DNA of 64,000 nucleotides from Oscillospiraceae bacterium (GTDB lineage Bacteria; Bacillota; Clostridia; Oscillospirales; Acutalibacteraceae): NCBI GenBank assembly GCA_022763825.1, contig JALEQX010000066.1, positions 12,888 to 76,887 of the forward strand, read 5' to 3'. Shown piece by piece: positions 45,737 to 55,810 of this stretch (position 1 is its first letter; each line of letters starts with the position of its first letter). The notes under the pieces were generated by a model. It saw only the letters and a program-made list of their open reading frames with translations, ran no database searches and was not told where the DNA came from. The position numbers and the translations under genes were made by a program.

Positions 45737-45919
45737 TCAGTCCTCGACTTCGATAACTTTTCTGCCGTTGTAGTAACCGCAGTTGTTGCAAAGTTTATGG
45801 GATTCCTTATATTCGCCGCACTGAGGACACTTCTGGAGAGAAGGACCTTCCATCTTCCAAACGCTTGAACGTCTCTTGTCTCTTCTTGCGTGAGAAACGC
45901 GTCTTGCAGGTACTGCCAT
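45737..45919 (-). CDS. rpmF: 50S ribosomal protein L32
   Basis: 'MAVPARRVSHARRDKRRS', with the 'CPQCGE...CNNCG' zinc ribbon. Confidence 0.97.
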   Translation of the reverse strand: MAVPARRVSHARRDKRRSSVWKMEGPSLQKCPQCGEYKESHKLCNNCGYYNGRKVIEVED

Positions 45920-45954
45920 ATTAATAACCTCCTAAAATTGTACAGAATAATATT

Positions 45955-46437
45955 TTATTCATCGAGGAGCTTGCGTAACGCCTCAAGTCTCGGGTCTGAC
46001 GGAGCCTTGCAGTTACAGCTTCCCTCGTTCAGATCCGCGCCGCATATCGGACATAAGCCCTTGCAGTCCTTCGAGCATAAGAATCTCGTCGGCATAGAGA
46101 GGAAAATATCCTCCCTGACAAGCTCGTCGAGATCAAGCCTCATATCCTCGACAAGAATAAACAAATCGTTATCCTCGTCGTTAAGATGAGATATGAGATA
46201 ATGCTCTATCTTAACGGATCTGTCTGATTTCAGGGGTTTTGCACATTTGGCACACCGAGTGGAATAGGAATAGCGAGCCTCTGCCGACAGGGAAACGATA
46301 CCTGTGTTGTTTCTGACTCTGCCCGACACTCTGATCGGAGAGTCAAAACCTTCGTCGTCGATATCGAAACCGTAGTCAAACGATTTTTCCGAATTCTCGA
46401 CGTTAAAAATGGCCTCAAGCTCCAGAATCATATACAA
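45955..46437 (-). CDS. yceD: YceD/DUF177 family protein (large-subunit rRNA accumulation)
   Basis: 160 aa, immediately upstream of rpmF. C-terminal 'CKGLCPICGADLNEGSCNC' is typical of DUF177. Confidence 0.85.
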   Translation of the reverse strand: MYMILELEAIFNVENSEKSFDYGFDIDDEGFDSPIRVSGRVRNNTGIVSLSAEARYSYSTRCAKCAKPLKSDRSVKIEHYLISHLNDEDNDLFILVEDMRLDLDELVREDIFLSMPTRFLCSKDCKGLCPICGADLNEGSCNCKAPSDPRLEALRKLLDE

Positions 46438-46519
46438 AATCTCCTAAAATACGAACAGACATTATTATATATTTATTGAGCTGATTTGTCAATACTTTTT
46501 TAAGCTCAAACCGAAATTT

Positions 46520-46936
46520 TTACTTCAGTTCACAGAAATCAAGTACGGACGCGGGGATATTCTCACTCTCGGTGGAAACGGTGAACGTAAACTTAACTTC
46601 GGAATTCTTAGCAAGCGCGTTAACCTTTTTAAGGAATTCGCCGAGCTCGTCATAATCACGGGAGCCGATGCGGAGAGTAGCGTCTACAAAGATATCGGTG
46701 ATATCGTGATTGCTCGCGCAGATTCCGGCGAGAAGTCCGTAAAATGCCTCGTAACCGCTTACGTCGTAATGGTCTGCGGAAATAAGTCTTGCACGGTAGT
46801 TGACCGAATGTCTTAAATCGTCGGTCTTTTCTACGCAGATAACGTTTCCGTCGGAGCTTTTAAGAGCCTCGTCGATAAGAGCGATGAGCTTCTTGGTCTT
46901 TCCGCTGCCTTTGGTTCCTGTGAGTAATGTAATCAT
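46520..46936 (-). CDS. Small stand-alone P-loop NTPase, unknown function
   Basis: Walker A 'GTKGSGKTK' sits at residues 7-15. A hydrophobic strand + Asp ('IFVDAT') is a possible Walker B. 138 aa. Confidence 0.6.
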   Translation of the reverse strand: MITLLTGTKGSGKTKKLIALIDEALKSSDGNVICVEKTDDLRHSVNYRARLISADHYDVSGYEAFYGLLAGICASNHDITDIFVDATLRIGSRDYDELGEFLKKVNALAKNSEVKFTFTVSTESENIPASVLDFCELK

Positions 46937-46996
46937 AATGATTTCTCCTTTAAACTGTATATTAATAATGATAATATCCTTATATGATAATATCTT

Positions 46997-48349
46997 TTAT
47001 TTTGAAAGTCTTTCTGCGAGTGTTCCCGCAAGCTCCTCGTATCCGGGCTTGCCCAGAAGAGCGAACATATTCTTCTTATAGCTCTCGACTCCGGGCTGGT
47101 TGAACGGATTGACTCCGAGCATGTAGCCCGATACCGCGCACGATTTCTCAAGGAAGTAAATGAGTTCGCCGAGATTGTATTCGTCCATGGTTTCAAGCTC
47201 TAATATAATGTTGGGAACGTCGCCGTCCGAATGAGCGAGAACCGTGCCCTGAAACGCTTTGGAATTAACATACGACATCGTTTTGCCGGCGATGAAGTTA
47301 AGTCCGTCAAGGTTCTCCGCGTCCTCTTCTATCGTAATGTCGCATTTGGGTTTATCGAATACGACGACGGTTTCGAACAGCTTTCTCTCGCCCTGCTGAA
47401 CATACTGACCGAGAGAATGAAGGTCGGTCGAGTAAATGGCGGAAGCCGGGAAAATACCCTTGTGATCCTTACCCTCGCTCTCGCCGAAAAGCTGTTTGAA
47501 CCATTCGTTCATCATGGTGTAGTCGGGCTCGTAGCTTACCATCATTTCAAACGCCTTACCCTTACGGTAAAGGATGTTTCTTATAGCGGCGTAACGGCAG
47601 CAGTCGTTAGAAAGAACATCGTCGTTTTCGTATTTCTTCATAGCGTCGGCAGCGCCGAGCATAAGACGGTCGATATCGATTCCCGCAACGGCTATGGGCA
47701 GAAGACCTACGGCAGTGAGAACCGAATATCTGCCTCCGACATCGTCGGGAACTACGAACGTTTCGTAACCCTCTCTGTCCGAAAGTTCCTTAAGAGTACC
47801 CTTTGCCCTATCGGTCGTGGCGTAAATACGCTTTGCGGCTTCCTTTTCGCCGTACTTTTCAACGAGCATTTTTCTGAATATTCTGAATGCTACGGCGGGT
47901 TCCGTGGTGGTTCCCGACTTTGAAATAACGTTTACCGAAAAATCCTTATCCTTACAGATAGATATAATTTCGGAAAGCTCCGTCGGGCTTAACGAGTTGC
48001 CCGCAAAGAATATCTGAGGGGTTCCCTTTGCCGTAAGATTATAATTCTTCGACTTGCAAAACTCGATAGCAGCTCTTGCTCCGAGGTACGAACCTCCGAT
48101 ACCGATAACTACGAGTACGTCCGAATCGGAAATAATTTTCGAAGCGGCTTTTTTAATTCTTGCAAACTCATCCTTGTCATAATCGACGGGGAGAGTCAGC
48201 CAGCCGTGAAAATCGTTTCCCGCGGCCGAAGCCTTATCGCCGTAAAGCTTGTTATAAGCCGAACGGGTTTCGTCTTCTACCGCCTTAATATCATCCTCGC
48301 TGACAAAATCCGCGAGATATTTACAGTTAAGTTTAAGTGCCATTTTCAA
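46997..48349 (-). CDS. pgi: Glucose-6-phosphate isomerase (Firmicutes ~450-aa type)
   Basis: 'IGIGGSYLG', '[10 protein letters not shown]', 'VGGRYS' and 'GESEGK'. Confidence 0.97.
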   Translation of the reverse strand: MKMALKLNCKYLADFVSEDDIKAVEDETRSAYNKLYGDKASAAGNDFHGWLTLPVDYDKDEFARIKKAASKIISDSDVLVVIGIGGSYLGARAAIEFCKSKNYNLTAKGTPQIFFAGNSLSPTELSEIISICKDKDFSVNVISKSGTTTEPAVAFRIFRKMLVEKYGEKEAAKRIYATTDRAKGTLKELSDREGYETFVVPDDVGGRYSVLTAVGLLPIAVAGIDIDRLMLGAADAMKKYENDDVLSNDCCRYAAIRNILYRKGKAFEMMVSYEPDYTMMNEWFKQLFGESEGKDHKGIFPASAIYSTDLHSLGQYVQQGERKLFETVVVFDKPKCDITIEEDAENLDGLNFIAGKTMSYVNSKAFQGTVLAHSDGDVPNIILELETMDEYNLGELIYFLEKSCAVSGYMLGVNPFNQPGVESYKKNMFALLGKPGYEELAGTLAERLSK

Positions 48350-48445
48350 TTCCTCTGATTATAATTTAATCTATAATGTGTAGTTATTATACTATGATAA
48401 TGAAATTATTTCAATAATAATTCGGACATTTTAACAAAAAAAATA

Positions 48446-49684
48446 TTATTTGACCGCAAAAGAGCGAAGTATTCGTTTTAACGCAAGCGAAAATGTCAGA
48501 ACGCCTACGTTCTTTTCGGCTTTTATATCATAGCTTGAAAGCGTTTCGTCCCCCGATTTTACCGTAAGCGAACCTAATTTATTGTCTTTTGAAACGGGAG
48601 CGTCGACGCTGTCGGACAGAGTGATTTCAACCTTTATATTCTCCGATGAGCCTTTATTTATAAGAATCGGTTCGGGAACGGGAACAATCGGAGAGACATA
48701 ATCCTCAGCTCCCCTGTTGACCTTTATCGGATGAACGGCGTTTTTGTCGAATTCGGGGGTGAATATCTCATAATTTGCAAATCCCCAGTCGAGCATATTT
48801 CTCGCGGACGAAAATCTATCGTCGGAATTCGAACTGCCGAGAACAACGGCGATAAGCTCCATGCCGTCCCTTTTTGCCGTCGCGGACACACAGCATCCCG
48901 CTTTTGACGTAGTACCCGTTTTAAGCCCGGTACAGCCCTGATAGAATCTGACAAGTTTATTCGTATTCACAAGCTGTGTCTGCCCGTCCCTGAGCGAATC
49001 CATCCATATTGTCGAATAATTTTTAATAATATCGTGTTTTAATAATTCAGCCGACATCAGCGCAATATCGTACGCCGTTGTAAGATGATTTTCGGTCGAA
49101 TCGTCTAGTCCCGTACAGTTTTCGAAATGAGTGTTTTTCATTCCAAGTTCAGACGCTCGTTTATTCATCATGTTTACAAATGCGGTTTCGCTCCCGCTTA
49201 TATGCTCGCCCAGCGCCGTGCACGCGTCGTTCGCGCTGTAAACGGCGGCGGCCTTGAGCAGTTCGTCAACGCTCATTGTCTCGCCGGGTTTAAGCCAAAT
49301 CTGACTTCCTCCCTTGCCCGACGCGTTGTCGCTTGCCGACACCGTATCGGTAAGCGATATTTTACCCGAGTCTATGCTCTCGCAGACCAGCAGAAGCGTC
49401 ATAATTTTCGTAACGGACGCGGGGTAGAGTTTTTCGTTTTCATTCCGGGCGTAAAGCACCTTTTTAGTGCTCTTCTCCATAAGGCAAACGGCTTTTGCCC
49501 GGATTTCGGGCACTGACGAAACGGCGGGAACCGACGCGTCGACGGTTTTTCCGTTTTCGGGGACAGAACGCGAAAACGACGAGAGAATTTCGAATTCCTC
49601 CTTTGAAATTGAAACTCCCGCACAGCTCCATGCGAGTATAAGACTCATAAAGAGGCTCAGCGCGATAATTAACGATCTTTTCAC
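48446..49684 (-). CDS. Serine-type D-Ala-D-Ala carboxypeptidase (S11, DacB/DacF-like)
   Basis: SxxK 'PASVTKIMT', 'SAND' (SxN) and 'KTGTT'. Signal peptide from the GTG at 49684, which lies 9 nt after GGAG. The track start at 49735 is less likely. Confidence 0.9.
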   Translation of the reverse strand: MKRSLIIALSLFMSLILAWSCAGVSISKEEFEILSSFSRSVPENGKTVDASVPAVSSVPEIRAKAVCLMEKSTKKVLYARNENEKLYPASVTKIMTLLLVCESIDSGKISLTDTVSASDNASGKGGSQIWLKPGETMSVDELLKAAAVYSANDACTALGEHISGSETAFVNMMNKRASELGMKNTHFENCTGLDDSTENHLTTAYDIALMSAELLKHDIIKNYSTIWMDSLRDGQTQLVNTNKLVRFYQGCTGLKTGTTSKAGCCVSATAKRDGMELIAVVLGSSNSDDRFSSARNMLDWGFANYEIFTPEFDKNAVHPIKVNRGAEDYVSPIVPVPEPILINKGSSENIKVEITLSDSVDAPVSKDNKLGSLTVKSGDETLSSYDIKAEKNVGVLTFSLALKRILRSFAVK

Positions 49685-49825
49685 ACATATCAACTCCTTA
49701 CGGAATTTATATGCTTTTAAGAGTTTAAAAATCACATCTTGCCAAACTCGTTGTATTTATAGTATAATTAAAAAGTTAAACGAACATTTATAAAAACTTG
49801 AATCAAACTTAACGGAGGCTTTTTA

Positions 49826-51112
49826 ATGAAAGCGGCGTTTTATACACTCGGCTGTAAGGTCAATCAGTACGAAACGGAAGAGATGACCGAACAGCTTATA
49901 AAAAACGGATTTCTGATAGTCGACAGCAAGGAGGACGCAGACGTTTACATAATAAATTCCTGCACCGTAACCGCCGAGAGCAACAGAAAAACGCGCCAGG
50001 CAGTCAGACGTTTCAAGGCAAATCATCCGTCGTCCGCCGTAGTGCTGACGGGATGCGTTCCTCAGGCGTTTCCGGACGAGGCGTCGGGGCTCATCCAGGC
50101 GGACATAATTCTCGGAAACAAGAAAAACTACATGCTCGCATCCGAGATAAAAAGATATTTTAATACGCATTCGAGAATAAACGATATTGAAGAACACGAA
50201 AATCACGAAAAATATTCCGGCGGAATAATCACGCAGTTTCAGGGACACACGCGCGCGTTTGTCAAAATTCAGGACGGATGCAACAGATTCTGCTCCTACT
50301 GCATAATTCCGCAGGCGCGCGGACGTTCAAGGTCAAAACCAATGTCCGACATAATAACGGAGCTTAACGCGCTGGCTGAAAAGGGATTTTCCGAGGTCGT
50401 ATTTGTCGGTATCAATTTGTCGGCATACGGTCACGACACCGGGACGGACATTTCAGAACCCATAATCGCCGCGGAAAATACGGACGGAATTAAAAGAATA
50501 CGTTTAGGCTCGCTCGAACCCGATCATCTGACAGACGAGGTTATAGAAAAAATCTCCTCGTGCAAAAAATTCTGCCCGCAGTTTCACATCTCGCTTCAAA
50601 GCGGTTCCGACGCCGTATTAAAACGTATGAACCGCCATTATGATTCAGCGGAATACAAACGTCTTGCAAATTGCCTTCGTTCGACATTTGAGGACTGTTC
50701 GCTGACGACAGATATTATCGTCGGGTTTCCGGGAGAGACGGACGAAGAATTTAATCAAACCGTAGAATTTGCAAAGCGCATAGGATTCGAAAAGGTACAT
50801 GTATTCCCATACTCCGTAAGAGAGGGTACCCGCGCGGCAAAAATGCCCGGACAGATAACTCAGGCTCTAAAGGAAAAACGCGCCGCCGAGCTGTCTAAAG
50901 TCTGTGAAAAAATCAGAAGCGAAAAATTTAAAGCGCTCGAGGGTAAAACATTCTCCGTTCTTTTCGAAAAACCGAAAAACGGATATCAGTGCGGTTATAC
51001 GAAAAACTACACACCCGTACGCGTTGAGTCGGACGAATGTATGACCGGTAAAATCGCGGATGTAAAAATCACCATGGCAAATGACGATTACTGCGACGCG
51101 GTATTATTATAA
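49826..51112 (+). CDS. mtaB: Radical-SAM methylthiotransferase (MtaB-like, tRNA t6A37 methylthiolation)
   Basis: N-terminal 'TLGCKVNQYE', radical SAM 'CNRFCSYC', and a C-terminal TRAM-like domain. Its size and missing MiaB-specific features favour MtaB. Confidence 0.85.
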   Translation: MKAAFYTLGCKVNQYETEEMTEQLIKNGFLIVDSKEDADVYIINSCTVTAESNRKTRQAVRRFKANHPSSAVVLTGCVPQAFPDEASGLIQADIILGNKKNYMLASEIKRYFNTHSRINDIEEHENHEKYSGGIITQFQGHTRAFVKIQDGCNRFCSYCIIPQARGRSRSKPMSDIITELNALAEKGFSEVVFVGINLSAYGHDTGTDISEPIIAAENTDGIKRIRLGSLEPDHLTDEVIEKISSCKKFCPQFHISLQSGSDAVLKRMNRHYDSAEYKRLANCLRSTFEDCSLTTDIIVGFPGETDEEFNQTVEFAKRIGFEKVHVFPYSVREGTRAAKMPGQITQALKEKRAAELSKVCEKIRSEKFKALEGKTFSVLFEKPKNGYQCGYTKNYTPVRVESDECMTGKIADVKITMANDDYCDAVLL

Positions 51113-51159
51113 TCGGGTTATAAATTTTTTTAAAATTTCAAACGGCATGATATAATATA

Positions 51160-51200
51160 CCGAAACGCCCGAGGTCAAATGACTTCGGGTGTTTCGGTTT
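51160..51200 (+). terminator. Rho-independent terminator of mtaB
   Basis: 17-bp hairpin ccgaaacgcccgaggtc/gacttcgggtgtttcgg (two G-U pairs) followed by TTT. Confidence 0.8.
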
Positions 51201-51517
51201 GCGTTAATATTATGTTGTAAGAGGACCGATGTTGACTGCACCGCTTACATGTATATTTTACAATAAATCAAGTCGGTGTACAATATGTGACACTTTATAT
51301 TTTTTCTAAACTTTCCTTGTCACAGGGAACGGGGTATTAATCATTCCATTTTCACACAGTAAACTTATACCACATGCATTTTTGCGCTGCCATACAAGTA
51401 TTTAATAACAAATATAGAACATTTATATTAAAAAACGGCATATTTTGTGGATTCAATTTACAATCTTATTGTAATATTTAAACTATTTTTCACCGGCAAA
51501 TTGTGCACACTTAAACA

Positions 51518-51546
51518 TTGAATTTTATCCCGTTTTTTTATATAAT
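51518..51546 (+). promoter_or_regulatory. sigmaA-type promoter for the XRE-family regulator
   Basis: TTGAAT-17 nt-TATAAT, 45 nt upstream of the ATG at 51591. Confidence 0.6.
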
Positions 51547-51590
51547 TTACATATGTTATTTATTTATAGAGAGAAGGAGGGAATGAAAAT

Positions 51591-53033
51591 ATGGAGCAGT
51601 TTCACACGGCAGTAAAAAATGCACTTAAGCGTCATAATATCACGACTTACAAACTTTCGGAAATATCCGGAATTGACCGGAGCCTTCTTGTAAAAATAAC
51701 GAAAGGACAGCGAAGCATAACTCCGCAGAAGCTTGACTATCTGCTGAAATTCATGGATTTGACGGCTGATGAAGACGAGGAAATCAGACTGGCGTACATA
51801 GATATGAATTTCGGCATAAATAAATTCAACGAATACAGCGATATTTTCATTTACGACAACAGCGGTATTACGTCGGATAACTCGGATTCAAACGCTATAG
51901 AATTGTCCGTAAACTTTACCGAACCGGTTACTGATTTTAATTCGTACAACGAACTTATCAGGTCGTTATATGCGGTAACTGCATATGAGGCAAAAAACGA
52001 CGGTAAAAAACGAATATATACAAACCTTGACGCGTCGATAACGCGCGATTTATTCGACTCTCTGCCGAAAAACGCCGGGGATATCGACATAAAGCAGATT
52101 ATAACAGCCGATGCCGATTCGGATTATTCGAAGATAATAAAAAGTGCGGTTGAATTCATGATAAAGGGTTATAAAATATACTATTCTCACGTAAATTCGG
52201 ACATTTCAAAAAGAGCGGACATAGTTTTCCCGTATTATTACGTTACAGACGAACTGTGCGTTCTCACGGACGCGTCGATGACAAGCGGATTTGTCGCAAA
52301 GAATAAAAAATTTGCAGATACGTATGCAAAAAAAATATCCGCGGCGGCAAATGAGATGAAAAGCATAGTTGCGCTCACCCAGAATATAATGGACGTAAAA
52401 AGCACCATGCTTGAGCTCATTCCGTATTCGGACAAAACAATGACGTCCATGGAGTTTGATTTGTGCGTAACGTTTTTCATGACGCTCGATATGTGGGAGC
52501 AGATAGCAAAACCCGACGTTCCGAACCGTAATTACCTGAGAGATACAACATACGAATACTATCAGGCTCTCCGGCACTCGAAGAAACGTTTGTTTATGCT
52601 TCATTCATACGAGGGTATGGAGAAATTTACGCGCGACGGTATCGTATTTCAGATGCCTGCGGAATACGCCTATCCGCTGACCCTCGAAAACCGCGCGCAG
52701 ATATACCGAAACTTGATTGAATACTATAAAAAAGACGAGCACGAGATTCACATATCAAAAAAGAACGTATTTAAAAATAAAATTGCGATAGATATTACGG
52801 ATAAATACTCCGACCGCAAACAAGTAGTATCGAATCTGTACGGATTTTTGACTAACTTTGTCGGAAATACAATTATTTCAATTGACGATACGGAGATAAA
52901 TAACGAGATAATCGATTTCAGCCGTTACATGGCGGTCTCGCCGTATTTCTATTCAAAAGAGGAGTCGCTCAATATCCTTTCCCAGGAACTGAGCAAACTC
53001 GAATACATCATAAAGGATAATCAAAATAAATAA
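51591..53033 (+). CDS. XRE-family HTH protein with a large (~410 aa) uncharacterised C-terminal domain
   Basis: N-terminus 'ITTYKLSEISGIDRSLLVKITKGQRSITPQKLDYLL' is a Cro/C1-type HTH. I recognise no motif in the rest. The gene is visibly AT-rich and monocistronic, with its own promoter and terminator. Confidence 0.8.
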   Translation: MEQFHTAVKNALKRHNITTYKLSEISGIDRSLLVKITKGQRSITPQKLDYLLKFMDLTADEDEEIRLAYIDMNFGINKFNEYSDIFIYDNSGITSDNSDSNAIELSVNFTEPVTDFNSYNELIRSLYAVTAYEAKNDGKKRIYTNLDASITRDLFDSLPKNAGDIDIKQIITADADSDYSKIIKSAVEFMIKGYKIYYSHVNSDISKRADIVFPYYYVTDELCVLTDASMTSGFVAKNKKFADTYAKKISAAANEMKSIVALTQNIMDVKSTMLELIPYSDKTMTSMEFDLCVTFFMTLDMWEQIAKPDVPNRNYLRDTTYEYYQALRHSKKRLFMLHSYEGMEKFTRDGIVFQMPAEYAYPLTLENRAQIYRNLIEYYKKDEHEIHISKKNVFKNKIAIDITDKYSDRKQVVSNLYGFLTNFVGNTIISIDDTEINNEIIDFSRYMAVSPYFYSKEESLNILSQELSKLEYIIKDNQNK

Positions 53034-53044
53034 TATAAAAAAAA

Positions 53045-53090
53045 GATAACGAAGCGGTTCCGATTTTGCACGGAACCGCTTCTGTTTTAT
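53045..53090. terminator. Bidirectional terminator between the regulator and the dockerin remnant
   Basis: 12-bp hairpin gaagcggttccg/cggaaccgcttc with an A-run upstream and TGTTTTA downstream. Confidence 0.8.
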
Positions 53091-53100
53091 GTGGTTTTAA

Positions 53101-53469
53101 TTATAATGTTTTTTCAAGTCTTGCGGAGAATCTTAATATCATTCTCGCCTCGCTTGCGGTAACTTTCTTATCGCCGTTGAGGTCGCACGCCGAAATTTCA
53201 GACTCTGTTCCCGCCTGAAGTTTTGCGGATATTCTCAATGCAATTCTCGCATCGGCTGCCGTAACCTTGCCGTTGCCGTCCGCGTCGCCTCTCATAACAG
53301 CCGTCTCCCATACAGCATAGAGCGTCATATCCGAGTTTATATATGCATTTGCTCCGGCTGTATATTCGAGTTCTGAAGCATTGCTGTCCGTTGACCGGCC
53401 GAGGCATGCGGCGCTGAGGTTTTTCTTTTCGGGAACGTCTTTTCCGCCGTTGGCATTAAACGTATTTCT
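53101..53469 (-). pseudogene. 3' remnant of a dockerin-bearing surface protein gene (Listeria-Bacteroides-type repeat + type I dockerin)
   Basis: The open frame has no start or signal peptide. It reads '(stop)RNTFNANGGKDVPEKK...DMTLYAVWE' (Flg_new-like repeat), then 'GDADGNGKVTAADARIALR' and 'CDLNGDKKVTASEARMILR' (two dockerin Ca-binding segments). Confidence 0.7.
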
Positions 53470-53536
53470 TTAACGCAGGCGAAGCGGGAAGAGGGTGGAT
53501 ATAAACCTTATGAGTTCGTATAAAAAACCGCACGCA

Positions 53537-53580
53537 AAAATACCGTAAAACGGCTGTCATTTCCCGTCTTACGGTATTTT
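53537..53580 (-). terminator. Terminator of topB
   Basis: 12-bp stem aaaataccgtaa/ttacggtatttt with a 20-nt loop, about 40 nt past the stop at 53618. Confidence 0.6.
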
Positions 53581-53617
53581 ATATTCTATTTTAGGAAATC
53601 ACTTAAAATACAAGATT

Positions 53618-55810
53618 TTATACAAACATCGGTTCGGGGATCTCATCGTCGGGGCCGCGCCGGGAGCCGGAATATGAGCGGTTATAATTTGAATTTTTCA
53701 GTCTTTGCGAATTGTCAAATTCGAAAACGGTTTTATCATTATCGAGTTTTAAATATGCGTCGAACGGTGTTCCAGCTTTCGATACAAAGCCCTTGATAAG
53801 CCCGCTTTTACCCGTTTCAAGAAGCAGTTTAACATTGCTTACGGAAATAACGCGTTTTGCAACAACAAGATTTACCTTGAATTTACATCCCGATTTATAC
53901 CCCGTGCATCCGTAGGAGTATCTGCCCTTTTTAACGTCGCACCCGCACAGCGGACATTTGCCGACGATATCGCCGTAAAATCCGTTGTCCGCGTCGTCGG
54001 ACAGGTCTGTATTCTTCTTATTGAACACCTCGGAAATTTCGTCCCGTGCGAGCTTTACGCTCTCATCTACGGTCATTCTGCCGTGGTAAACGCTTTTTAA
54101 AGCCTTCGAAAGCGTGCTCGTTTTGTATTTGTCCATCGAAATATTCATATATGAAATCGACTCTATCAAAAATTCTCCGCCGGGCAAAATTTTGTAAACG
54201 TCCTTTTTAAGCTCGATATATCCGCTCTTTACGGCGTTGTCGATTATGCCCGTACGCGTGGCCTCCGTTCCGAGTTCAAGTCCCTCGAATATCGCGCGGT
54301 AATCCTCAGAATCGTCATCGTTCTCGCTGTCGGCTGCGGCGGCTTTTTCCTCCCTGAACGGATTTTTAAGATAATTGTTAAGCGTTTCTATCGTATAATG
54401 CTTTGGCGGAGACGTCTCCTTTTCACATAATTTAAAATCGATATTTACCTCGTCGCCCTTTTTTAATTTCGGCAGAAACTTATCTTTTCTGTTCGCGTCG
54501 TCGTATTTCATCCAGCCCTTTTCGAGAATTACCGTTCCCTTTAAAACGAAATCCTCGTATCCGCCGACGTTTACGGTAAGCTCCGTTTTCTGCGCCGTAC
54601 AGTCCTCCGCACAGAACACGGCGGCGAACCGTCTGAACACTGTCGAATAAACCTTGTTTTCGTCCTCCGAAAGCTTGCCCTTGGGCGGAATCTTATATGT
54701 CGGAGTAAGTGCTGAGTGCGACTCTATTTTGCTGTCGTCGAATATGGTCTTTTTATCCTTGAATTCAATGTGATAACCCATATCCGCTATATTTTTTATA
54801 ATCGTTTTTATCTTATCCTTTTCGGCGGTCGCAAGATATTCGGAGTTTGTTCTCGGGTAAGTAAGATATCCGTCCTCGTAGAGTTTCTGAACGATTTTGA
54901 GGCTCTGCTCCATTGACATCTTATATTTTTTACCCAATACGTTCTGAAGTTTTGACAATGAGTAAAGTTTTCCGGGTTTTATAATATCCTTTTTTGACTT
55001 TACGTTCGTTACGACCGCTTTTGAAGAATTATACTTTTCACATAAAGCGAGAGCCTTGTCCTTTTCATCCTTGGAAAACTTCGACTTGCTCGTAAGCTCG
55101 ACCGTCTCGCCGTTAGTTTGAGCACTGCTTGCGGCGGCGTAATATATATCGGGCTTAAAATTCCTTATAGCCATGTCGCGGTCGTAAATCGCTTTGACAA
55201 TAGGAACTATAACCCTGCCCACACGAAGCAGAGTTCCGGTTTTCAGCGTAGCGTAACGCGTTAAATTCACGCCGAAAAGCCAGTCTATGTAAGTTCTCGC
55301 AAAGCCCTCGGAGGCGAGCAGATCGTATTCGGACTCCGGCTTCATCTCCCCCAGCGCCTTTCTGACGGTTTCGGGGGTCTGGTCAGGCAGCCAAAGCCTG
55401 TAAAACGGCTTTTCGCTTTCGAGCGCGTTCATAACGCACAGTCTTATTATAATTTCGCCCTCTCTGTCCGCATCGCCCGCGTTGACAATAGCTTCGACAT
55501 CCGAACGCATACACAGCGATTTTATAATGTCGAACTGCCTCTGAACGCCCGGGTCAACCTGTTTATCGGCGTTTGTTTTTAATTTGAATTTAAACTTATC
55601 GGGAAAGCACGGCAGATTCTCCATGTTCCAGCGCCCGGTCGACGTAGGCCCCGTATAGTCCTCAATATCGCATAAAGAAAAGAGGTGACCGAACGCCCAC
55701 GTTACGATATACCTCTCAGACTCCAAATATCCGTTTCTTTTTTTCATATCGCCGATACCCGCCGCTATATTTCGAGCAAGCGACGGTTTTTCCGCTATAA
55801 TCAGGTACAT
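53618..55810 (-). CDS. topB: DNA topoisomerase III
   Basis: TOPRIM 'MYLIIAEKPS' and 'DADREGE'. The active-site region 'GYLTYPRTNS' holds the catalytic Tyr. C-terminal zinc ribbons are 'CPLCG' and 'GCTGYKSGC'. The ATG at 55810 follows GGAGAAG and lies 4 nt after the upstream gene's stop. Confidence 0.93.
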   Translation of the reverse strand: MYLIIAEKPSLARNIAAGIGDMKKRNGYLESERYIVTWAFGHLFSLCDIEDYTGPTSTGRWNMENLPCFPDKFKFKLKTNADKQVDPGVQRQFDIIKSLCMRSDVEAIVNAGDADREGEIIIRLCVMNALESEKPFYRLWLPDQTPETVRKALGEMKPESEYDLLASEGFARTYIDWLFGVNLTRYATLKTGTLLRVGRVIVPIVKAIYDRDMAIRNFKPDIYYAAASSAQTNGETVELTSKSKFSKDEKDKALALCEKYNSSKAVVTNVKSKKDIIKPGKLYSLSKLQNVLGKKYKMSMEQSLKIVQKLYEDGYLTYPRTNSEYLATAEKDKIKTIIKNIADMGYHIEFKDKKTIFDDSKIESHSALTPTYKIPPKGKLSEDENKVYSTVFRRFAAVFCAEDCTAQKTELTVNVGGYEDFVLKGTVILEKGWMKYDDANRKDKFLPKLKKGDEVNIDFKLCEKETSPPKHYTIETLNNYLKNPFREEKAAAADSENDDDSEDYRAIFEGLELGTEATRTGIIDNAVKSGYIELKKDVYKILPGGEFLIESISYMNISMDKYKTSTLSKALKSVYHGRMTVDESVKLARDEISEVFNKKNTDLSDDADNGFYGDIVGKCPLCGCDVKKGRYSYGCTGYKSGCKFKVNLVVAKRVISVSNVKLLLETGKSGLIKGFVSKAGTPFDAYLKLDNDKTVFEFDNSQRLKNSNYNRSYSGSRRGPDDEIPEPMFV

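Noticed and set aside
47231-47923. 230-aa plus-strand ORF.
   Set aside because: It is antisense to pgi, whose identity is unambiguous.
49823-50248. 141-aa minus-strand ORF.
   Set aside because: It is antisense to the 5' half of mtaB, including the TLGCKVNQYE motif region. It is a shadow ORF.
51583-51615. Alternative 10-aa ORF (MKIWSSFTRQ) starting at the first ATG after the GGAGG upstream of the XRE regulator.
   Set aside because: The ATG is only about 2-3 nt from the SD and in a different frame. The ATG at 51591 has proper spacing and opens the 480-aa HTH protein.
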